NCBI GenBank assembly: GCA_049942965.1
Contig: CP188088.1
Span: 1-32,000 of the forward strand
From: Candidatus Saccharimonadota bacterium
GTDB lineage: Bacteria > Pseudomonadota > Gammaproteobacteria > Enterobacterales > Enterobacteriaceae
Direction: 5' to 3'
Length of the DNA: 32,000 bases
Positions 1-7,781 of the stretch are shown in pieces; positions within the stretch are counted from its first letter, which is position 1, and each line of letters opens with the position of its first letter. The position numbers were made by a program, and so were the translations under genes. Under the pieces are notes generated by a model. The model made no database searches. It was not told where the DNA came from and was given only the letters and a program-made list of their open reading frames with translations.

Positions 1-183
1 TAAAAAAACCTTTTTATTTATGTTTAAATTACCTTCAATTATAAACTCAAATCAAAAAATAACATATACACTTTTTTTAAACAAATATCAAAAATAAATT
101 TTAAAAAGTACTTTATTTAGCCTTTATCTTTTTTTAAGATAAAAAAAAAAATAATAAGTACTATTATTAGGAAATTGAAAGCC

Positions 184-247
184 TGTGGATAACTATGTTT
201 AACCATTGATAAATAAAGCTTTTTTAATGTGGATTAACTGTGTATAA
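184..247 (-). promoter_or_regulatory. Cluster of three same-orientation DnaA-box-like 9-mers (TGTGGATAA 184-192, TGTGGATTA 228-236, TGTGTATAA 239-247; the reverse complements match TTATNCACA)
   Basis: Read directly from the sequence. Two boxes fit the TTATNCACA consensus perfectly (TTATCCACA, TTATACACA) and one has a single mismatch. All lie within 64 bp of an intergenic spacer upstream of yfgM. Function not demonstrated. Confidence 0.3.
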
Positions 248-403
248 CTAATTAATGTTTTCCTAAGTTTTATAAGTTATTAACAGATGAAATTTTTTTA
301 TTTTTTTATTTTTTTTTTGTCTCTTTCTTTTTAATATAAAAATAAAATGTATAATATAAAATATTATTAAAATGAAAAAATAACATATAGAAAGAATAAC
401 AAA

Positions 404-1035
404 ATGAAAAATATAATTTTCTTTATCAAAAAATATTTGCTTTCTAAAATGAACAGTAATGAAAAAAAAACACACTTAATAATTATGTTAATACTATCCA
501 TAGTTATATTAGTAACTACATTCATATGCCTAAAAAACTCAGAAAGAAAAAACAGTATTCTTGAAAACAAGAATCTATCAAATAATCAATATGAAAAAAT
601 AATCAAAAATTCGGATATAAAAAAAAAAAACATGAAATAACGAAATATATATTAAAAAATAAAAATGCATATTCTCTTTTAATAGGATTAAAACTATCAA
701 AAGAATACATAAAAAATAATGAACTAAGTCAATCTGAAGAAATACTAAATATACTAAAAGACATAACAAACGAAGAGAATTTAAAAAATATAATTAAATT
801 TAGAATACTTGATTTAGAAATTGAGCAAAAAGAAATTAACAAAGCAAAAAAAACAATTTCTGAAATTAAAAAAAAAGGTTGGGAAAATGTTTTTATGGAT
901 AAACAAGGTGACATATATTGTTTAGAAAATAAAAAAAAACTAGCTACAATTACTTGGAAAAGAAGCTTAAAATATCAAATTGATAATAAATCAAAAGAAA
1001 TAATAAAGATGAAAATACAAAAATTAAAAAAATAA
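404..1035 (+). pseudogene. yfgM: yfgM-like ancillary SecYEG translocon subunit (TPR-like, N-terminal TM anchor), interrupted by a frameshift in an A12 tract (619-630)
   Basis: ORF 404-640 encodes an N-terminal TM segment (THLIIMLILSIVILVTTFICL) and stops just after the A12 run. The other frame, open from 595 to the TAA at 1033-1035, reads ...KNKNAYSLLIGLKLSKEYIKNNELSQSEEIL...IKKKGWENVFMDKQGDIY...IIKMKIQKLKK. This aligns with E. coli YfgM (ENKNTYGALASLELAQQFVDKNELEKAA...IKGEGWAAIVADLRGEAL...MMQMKINNL). It sits upstream of der as in E. coli. One extra A restores a ~210-aa product. Confidence 0.8.
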
Positions 1036-1081
1036 AAATATTAAAAAAACTTAATATTACATTTTCTTAGAGAAAAAAATA

Positions 1082-2458
1082 ATGAATAAATTTATTATTG
1101 CAATAATAGGAAGACCAAATGTAGGAAAATCAAAACTATTTAATTTATTAACAGAAAATCATTCTTATTCAATAATAAACCAAAAAAAAAAATTTGGATC
1201 TATAACAAGAGATAGAAAATATGGTTTTTTAAAAAAAACCGAAAAAAATATAATTTTAATAGATACGGGAGGACTAAAAATAAATACAAAGATAGAAATC
1301 GAAAAAAAAATAAATGAACAAACTATGATTGCTATAAAAGAGTCTGATCTTATTTTTTTCTTGGTAGATGCTTATAAAGAAGATGTTAAAGAAAACAAAA
1401 AAATAGAAAAATATATTAAAAAAACGAAAAAAAAAACTGTTTTAATAATAAATAAAATTGAAAATTTAAACTTTGAAACAATATATTATGAAAAATTTGT
1501 TAATTTAAATTTCAAAAAAGTATTCCCTATTTCAGCTAAAAAAAAAATAGGAATTTCTAAATTAATAGAACAAACGATAGAAAATGAAATTAAAAAAAAC
1601 AAAACTAAAAAAAATAACTTTCTCAAAGAAGAGAAACCTAAAACTATACAAATAGGATTTATAGGAAGACCAAATGCAGGAAAATCAACTTTAATAAACT
1701 CATTAGTTAAAGAAAAAAGATTAATTACAGAAAACACTCCAAATACAACTAGAGATTGTATTTCTGTTCCTATAATTACTAAAGCACAAACATATAATTT
1801 GATTGATACAGCTGGAATTTGTAAAAAAAAAAAAAATAGTAATTCAGTTGAATTTTTATCAATAAAAAAAAGCTACAAAACTATAGAAAACAGCAATATA
1901 ATAGTTTATTTAATTGATTCACAAGAAAACATAACAAAACAAGATCTAAAAATACTAAGTTATTCTCAAAAATTAGGAATTCCAACAATAATACTAATTA
2001 ATAAGTGGGATTTAATAAAACCTAACGAAAAAAAAATTTTTAAAAAAATAACATATTCTAGATTGAAGCATTTTTCTAATTTTTGTGTACATTTTATTTC
2101 AGCTTTATATTATACCAATATAAATAAAATTTTAAATTTTTGTAATCAATTATTTTTTTTATCCAAGAAAAAAATTAATAGTTCTAAACTAACTAAAATA
2201 ATGTATTTAGCCACTAAAAAACATTCACCTCCTTTAGTTAAAAGAAAAAAAATAAGATTAAATTTCGCTCATCCTGGAGGTTATCAACCGCTTCGAGTTA
2301 TAATACATGGTTGTATGTTAGATAAATTAAATAAATCTTATAAAAAATATTTAAAGAACTTTTTTCAAGAAAAATTAAATATAAAAAATTCTAGTATTCT
2401 TTTTCACTTTAAAAATAAAAAAAATCCATATTTTTTAAAAAAAATTAAAAAAAAATAG
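1082..2458 (+). CDS. der: Ribosome-associated GTPase Der/EngA (two tandem G domains)
   Basis: 458-aa ORF with two P-loops (GRPNVGKSKLFN and GRPNAGKSTLIN), DTGG/DTAG and NKxD (NKIE, NKWD) motifs, and a KH-like C-terminus. Confidence 0.95.
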   Translation: MNKFIIAIIGRPNVGKSKLFNLLTENHSYSIINQKKKFGSITRDRKYGFLKKTEKNIILIDTGGLKINTKIEIEKKINEQTMIAIKESDLIFFLVDAYKEDVKENKKIEKYIKKTKKKTVLIINKIENLNFETIYYEKFVNLNFKKVFPISAKKKIGISKLIEQTIENEIKKNKTKKNNFLKEEKPKTIQIGFIGRPNAGKSTLINSLVKEKRLITENTPNTTRDCISVPIITKAQTYNLIDTAGICKKKKNSNSVEFLSIKKSYKTIENSNIIVYLIDSQENITKQDLKILSYSQKLGIPTIILINKWDLIKPNEKKIFKKITYSRLKHFSNFCVHFISALYYTNINKILNFCNQLFFLSKKKINSSKLTKIMYLATKKHSPPLVKRKKIRLNFAHPGGYQPLRVIIHGCMLDKLNKSYKKYLKNFFQEKLNIKNSSILFHFKNKKNPYFLKKIKKK

Positions 2459-2475
2459 TTCTTAGGAACTATTTT

Positions 2476-2811
2476 TTACTTTTCTTTTACATAATTTAAT
2501 GAATAAAAAGGTATTCTTATTTCTAGATTTTCATTGCCTATTTTAGCTTGACAGGCTAATCTACTAAATTCTGTAAGACCCCAAGCTTTATCTAATAAAT
2601 CTTCTTCTTTTTCTTCCATTTTAGAAAGTGAAGAAAATCCTTTTTCTACTATACAATGACAAGTACTACAAGCACATGATTTTTCACAAGCATGATCCAT
2701 ATTAATATTATGAGATAAGGCAACGTCTAATATAGTTTCTCCAGACTTTACAAAAATTATTTTTCCTTTGGGTAATATTACTTTATGTGGTAAAAAAACT
2801 ATTTTAATCAC
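2476..2811 (-). CDS. fdx: ISC-system [2Fe-2S] ferredoxin
   Basis: 111-aa ORF with the adrenodoxin-type cysteine pattern CEKSCACSTCHC...C. It lies directly downstream of hscA, as in the E. coli isc operon. Confidence 0.93.
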   Translation of the reverse strand: MIKIVFLPHKVILPKGKIIFVKSGETILDVALSHNINMDHACEKSCACSTCHCIVEKGFSSLSKMEEKEEDLLDKAWGLTEFSRLACQAKIGNENLEIRIPFYSLNYVKEK

Positions 2812-2927
2812 TTTATAACTCCTGAAATATAATGGTTAATTAAAAAATATTAATTTTATAAAAAATTTTTTGTTAAAAAAAACGATTTTTTTTAAAAAAT
2901 GTTAATATTTTCAAAAAAGTAATAATT

Positions 2928-4409
2928 TTAAATATTTTCATTATCAATGGTATTGATTATAACATTTTTTTTATTTTTGCTAATTTTATCTATTGCAGTA
3001 ACATGCAATAATCCATCATTATCGATTTTAAAATTAACAAAAATTCTATTGACTCCAGCTAATTGAGGAGTTATTCCTGATAATGAAAAACAAAATAAAG
3101 AACGGCAATTTTTGACTAATTTATCTTCTCCCTGTAAGATATGTATCTTAATTGAAGTTTGATTATCTTGAAAATTAGTAAAAACTTTGGTACATTCTGT
3201 TGGTAATTTTTCATTTTTTGTAATTATTTTTTCAACCATCCCTCCTATTACTTCAATTCCTAAAGATAAATGCAATACATCAATTAATAGAAATTTTTTT
3301 TGTTTATTTATATTTTCAGAAAGATTTTCAGAATGAATAGCAGATCCGATTACAACAGCTTCTTCTGGGTTAACAAAAAAAAGTGGTTCTTTGTTAAAAA
3401 ATAAAGCTATCTTTTCTCGAATAAGAGGAATATAAGTAGAACCACCTACTAATATAATTTCATTAATTTCATTTATCTGAACTTCAATAGATATTAATGC
3501 TTTTTTGCAAATTATAAGTGTTTTTTCTACTAATTTATTAATCAATTGATTAAATTCATTTCTAGTAATTTTTACTGAAAAATCTTGAATTTTAAATATT
3601 ACTTTTTCTTTAAAAGTTAGTTCTTTCTTTAAAGATTTTATTTTTAAAAATAGCTCTGCTTTAGTTTTTGAGTTAGTAAAAAATAAATGATATTTTTTAT
3701 ATATATATTTTAATAATAAAAAATCAAAATCATCTCCACCTAGATGGGAATTTCCAGTTGTAGTTAATACTTCAAAAACTTCATTTTCTAATTTTAATAA
3801 AGAAAAATCAAAAGTACCTCCTCCTAAATCATAAACAGCAACTAGTTCTGTTTTTTTTAGATTACATCCATACGCAACAGCAGCTGCAGTAGGTTCATTT
3901 AATAATCGTACATTTTTTAATCCAGCTAAAAAAGCCGATTGTTTAATTTCTTTTCTTTGTTTATTATCAAAATATGCTGGAACAGTTATTACTGAATGAT
4001 CAATTTCTTGTTTGAAAAAGTTTATTGCTCTTTCTTTCAAAATATATAAAATTTGACTAACAATACAAGAAACTTGTATATATCCTTGAATTGTTTTAAT
4101 ACAAATTTCATTGTTCTTGTTTTTTTTATACAAATACGGTAATTTAGGGTATAAAATTTTTATTTTCTTTTCTGATAATCCTACTAGTCTTTTTATAGAA
4201 AAAATTGTATTTTCTGAGTCTTGTTTATAGTTTTTTACTGCATTCCAACCAACTAAAATTTTATTTTTTTTATACTGAACAACTGAAGGCAATAATTTCT
4301 TACCATTTTCATCTTTTAAAATTTGAATTTTATTACAGAAATATCTTGCAACTAAGGAATTTGTCGTCCCTAAATCAAATCCAATACACAATTTTTTTTT
4401 TTTAGACAT
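2928..4409 (-). CDS. hscA: Fe-S cluster assembly Hsp70 chaperone HscA, C-terminally short (493 aa)
   Basis: Hsp70 signatures are present (GFDLGTTNS, VITVPAYF, DLGGGTFD, ILVGGSTYIP). Operon context is hscB-hscA-fdx. The protein ends just after the beta-sandwich (DNDGLLHVTAIDK...), about 120 aa shorter than E. coli HscA (616 aa). Confidence 0.93.
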   Translation of the reverse strand: MSKKKKLCIGFDLGTTNSLVARYFCNKIQILKDENGKKLLPSVVQYKKNKILVGWNAVKNYKQDSENTIFSIKRLVGLSEKKIKILYPKLPYLYKKNKNNEICIKTIQGYIQVSCIVSQILYILKERAINFFKQEIDHSVITVPAYFDNKQRKEIKQSAFLAGLKNVRLLNEPTAAAVAYGCNLKKTELVAVYDLGGGTFDFSLLKLENEVFEVLTTTGNSHLGGDDFDFLLLKYIYKKYHLFFTNSKTKAELFLKIKSLKKELTFKEKVIFKIQDFSVKITRNEFNQLINKLVEKTLIICKKALISIEVQINEINEIILVGGSTYIPLIREKIALFFNKEPLFFVNPEEAVVIGSAIHSENLSENINKQKKFLLIDVLHLSLGIEVIGGMVEKIITKNEKLPTECTKVFTNFQDNQTSIKIHILQGEDKLVKNCRSLFCFSLSGITPQLAGVNRIFVNFKIDNDGLLHVTAIDKISKNKKNVIINTIDNENI

Positions 4410-4435
4410 ATAAATACCTTAATTTGTTAAGTTAT

Positions 4436-4960
4436 TTATTTATTAAAATTACTAATTTCTTGAATTGCAGAATGTTTTATTTTCTTTAAAAAAAATAATT
4501 TATTTAATATAATCACAGCAATTATCCATTCTTTATTTATAAATTTTTTTTCAATTTTATGCAAATAAGAAAAAATTAAATCGTCAATTTTTTTTAAAAA
4601 AAAACGTATTGTTTTTTCGTTTTTTTTAGAAGATTTTTTAATATATTCCAATTCTTCACACAACTTCATATGTTTTTTTAAAAAATTTATATCAAATGGA
4701 ATATTTTTTTTTTCTTTTTCAAAATTTAAATAATTTATACGTATATAATATTCGGCTCTTTTTATAGGATCAATCAAAATTTTATAAGCATGATTAATTT
4801 TAATGGATTTGTTCATTAAGTTGGATTTTTTTATTTGATCTTCATCAATACAAAAGTCGGGATGATATTTTTTTTGAAGATCATAAAAATTTTTTGTTAA
4901 CTTTTTTTTATCTAGTTGAAATGAAACAGGTAAATTAAAAATTTTAAAATAATTTTTCAT
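4436..4960 (-). CDS. hscB: Fe-S cluster co-chaperone HscB (J-domain protein)
   Basis: 174-aa ORF with an N-terminal J domain (NYFKIFNLP...LQKKYHPD, HPD motif). It lies immediately upstream of hscA. Confidence 0.9.
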   Translation of the reverse strand: MKNYFKIFNLPVSFQLDKKKLTKNFYDLQKKYHPDFCIDEDQIKKSNLMNKSIKINHAYKILIDPIKRAEYYIRINYLNFEKEKKNIPFDINFLKKHMKLCEELEYIKKSSKKNEKTIRFFLKKIDDLIFSYLHKIEKKFINKEWIIAVIILNKLFFLKKIKHSAIQEISNFNK

Positions 4961-5011
4961 AAGTTTTATATTTTCTTGTTAAAGATTTTAAGACAATTTT
5001 TTTTTTATTTA

Positions 5012-7171
5012 ATGTCAGTCATGGGATCGATCTCTCATCGTACTTGCATCTATGATCAGTAGTAGAACTGACTGGCATCTATGTCAGTCATGGGATCGAT
5101 CTCTCATCGTACTTGCATCTTGATCAGTAGTAGAACTGACTGGCATCTATGTCAGTCATGGGATCGATCTCTCATCGTACTTGCATCTATGATCAGTAGT
5201 AGAACTGACTGGCATCTATGTCAGTCATGGGATCGATCTCTCATCGTACTTGCATCTATGATCAGTAGTAGAACTGACTGGCATCTATGTCAGTCATGGG
5301 ATCGATCTCTCATCGTACTTGCATCTATGATCAGTAGTAGAACTGACTGGCATCTATGTCAGTCATGGGATCGATCTCTCATCGTACTTGCATCTATGAT
5401 CAGTAGTAGAACTGACTGGCATCTATGTCAGTCATGGGATCGATCTCTCATCGTACTTGCATCTATGATCAGTAGTAGAACTGACTGGCATCTATGTCAG
5501 TCATGGGATCGATCTCTCATCGTACTTGCATCTATGATCAGTAGTAGAACTGACTGGCATCTATGTCAGTCATGGGATCGATCTCTCATCGTACTTGCAT
5601 CTATGATCAGTAGTAGAACTGACTGGCATCTATGTCAGTCATGGGGATCTCTCATCGTACTTGCATCTATGATCAGTAGTAGAACTGACTGGCATCTATG
5701 TCAGTCATGGGATGATCTCTCATCGTACTTGCATCTATGATCAGTAGTAGAACTGACTGGCATCTATGTCAGTCATGGGATGATCTCTCATCGTACTTGC
5801 ATCTATGATCAGTAGTAGAACTGACTGGCATCTATGTCAGTCATGGGATCGATCTCTCATCGTACTTGCATCTATGATCAGTAGTAGAACTGACTGGCAT
5901 CTATGTCAGTCATGGGATCGATCTCTCATCGTACTTGCATCTATGATCAGTAGTAGAACTGACTGGCATCTATGTCAGTCATGGGATCGATCTCTCATCG
6001 TACTTGCATCTATGATCAGTAGTAGAACTGTACTTGCATCTATGATCAGTAGTAGAACTGACTGGCATCTATGTCAGTCATGGGATCGATCTCTCATCGT
6101 ACTTGCATCTATGATCAGTAGTAGAACTGACTGGCATCTATGTCAGTCATGGGATCGATCTCTCATCGTACTTGCATCTATGATCAGTAGTAGAACTGAC
6201 TGGCATCTATGTCAGTCATGGGATCGATCTCTCATCGTACTTGCATCTATGATCAGTAGTAGAACTGACTGGCATCTATGTCAGTCATGGGATCGATCTC
6301 TCATCGTACTTGCATCTATGATCAGTAGTAGAACTGACTGGCATCTATGTCAGTCATGGGATGATCTCTCATCGTACTTGCATCTATGATCAGTAGTAGA
6401 ACTGACTGGCATCTATGTCAGTCATGGGATCGATCTCTCATCGTACTTGCATCTATGATCAGTAGTAGAACTGACTGGCATCTATGTCAGTCATGGGAAT
6501 CTCTCATCGTACTTGCATCTATGATCAGTAGTAGAACTGACTGGCATCTATGTCAGTCATGGGATCGATCTCTCATCGTACTTGCATCTATGATCAGTAG
6601 TAGAACTGACTGGCATCTATGTCAGTCATGGGATCGATCTCTCATCGTACTTGCATCTATGATCAGTAGTAGAACTGACTGGCATCTATGTCAGTCATGG
6701 GATCGATCTCTCATCGTACTTGCATCTATGATCAGTAGTAGAACTGACTGGCATCTATGTCAGTCATGGGATCGATCTCTCATCGTACTTGCATCTATGA
6801 TCAGTAGTAGAACTGACTGGCATCTATGTCAGTCATGGGATCGATCTCTCATCGTACTTGCATCTATGATCAGTAGTAGAACTGACTGGCATCTATGTCA
6901 GTCATGGGATCGATCTCTCATCGTACTTGCATCTATGATCAGTAGTAGAACTGACTGGCATCTATGTCAGTCATGGGATCGATCTCTCATCGTACTTGCA
7001 TCTATGATCAGTAGTAGAACTGACTGGCATCTATGTCAGTCATGGGATCGATCTCTCATCGTACTTACTGACTGGCATCTATGTCAGTCATGGGATCGAT
7101 CTCTCATCGTACTTGCATCTATGATCAGTAGTAGAACTGACTGGCATCTATGTCAGTCATGGGATCGATCT
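5012..7171. repeat. Tandem array of ~31 copies of a 69-bp unit (tgtcagtcatgggatcgatctctcatcgtacttgcatctatgatcagtagtagaactgactggcatcta)
   Basis: Period measured directly: tgtcag starts at 5013 and 5082, 69 bp apart. The unit has 30/69 G+C, against A/T-dominated flanks. Copies are identical apart from a handful of indels. There are no spacers, so it is not CRISPR-like. The three ORF-track entries 5081-5740, 5805-6389 and 6386-7189 are read-through of the repeat. Confidence 0.97.
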
Positions 7172-7326
7172 AACAATACTTCTTATTAAATAAATAGAAA
7201 AATTTTAACCAAAGTATTTTTAAAGTTTTTTAAAAATTCTAAAGTTCATCATAAATATTTTTATGAACATTTTAGAAATATATCTAAATTTCATTTAATT
7301 TAAAAAATTTCAATAAATTGTTAAAT

Positions 7327-7755
7327 TTATGATTTAGAATCAAATTGTTGGTTTTGTTTTATTTTTTTATTTTTGTAATCTAAAATTGCTGCTTTAATTG
7401 CATCTTCTGCTAAAATAGAACAATGTATCTTAACAGGAGGTAAATCCAATTCTTGGGCTATATTAACATTTTTTATATTTTTAGCTTCCTTCAAAGATTT
7501 ACCTTTAACTAATTCAGTAGCTAATGAACTAGCTGCAATAGCGGAACCACATCCATATGTTTTAAATTTTGCATCTTCAATTATACCTTCATTATTAACT
7601 TTAATTTGTAATTTCATAACATCACCACAAGAAGGAGCACCAACCAAACCATTTCCAATGTTTATATCTTTATTGGAATTAATATCATCTTCCGAAAAAG
7701 ATCCTACATTTCTAGGATTTTCATAGTGATCTATTACTTTTTTACTATATGACAT
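7327..7755 (-). CDS. iscU: Fe-S cluster assembly scaffold IscU
   Basis: 142-aa ORF with MSYSKKVIDHYENPRNVG, GAPSCGDVMKLQI, YGCGSAIASS and KIHCS motifs. It lies directly downstream of iscS. Confidence 0.95.
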   Translation of the reverse strand: MSYSKKVIDHYENPRNVGSFSEDDINSNKDINIGNGLVGAPSCGDVMKLQIKVNNEGIIEDAKFKTYGCGSAIAASSLATELVKGKSLKEAKNIKNVNIAQELDLPPVKIHCSILAEDAIKAAILDYKNKKIKQNQQFDSKS

Positions 7756-7781
7756 TTTTATCCTCGTTAACTGAGTTCAAT

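Noticed and set aside
263-914. Minus-strand ORFs 263-475, 367-570, 578-769 and 729-914
   Set aside because: They give low-complexity Phe/Ile/Leu translations of the A-rich strand, overlapping the spacer and the yfgM coding sequence. The plus-strand reading has clear YfgM homology.
5012-7171. CRISPR array interpretation of the 69-bp repeats
   Set aside because: The units abut directly with no unique spacers. The unit length of 69 bp is about twice a typical CRISPR repeat, and there are no cas genes or leader sequence in the window.
5081-7189. Three large ORFs (219, 194 and 267 aa) as genuine repeat-protein genes
   Set aside because: They are the same 23-aa translation of the tandem repeat, broken only by 1-bp indels. 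They have no ribosome-binding site, are antisense to the surrounding operon, and have a composition unlike any real protein here. I kept this only as a low-priority check within a finding.
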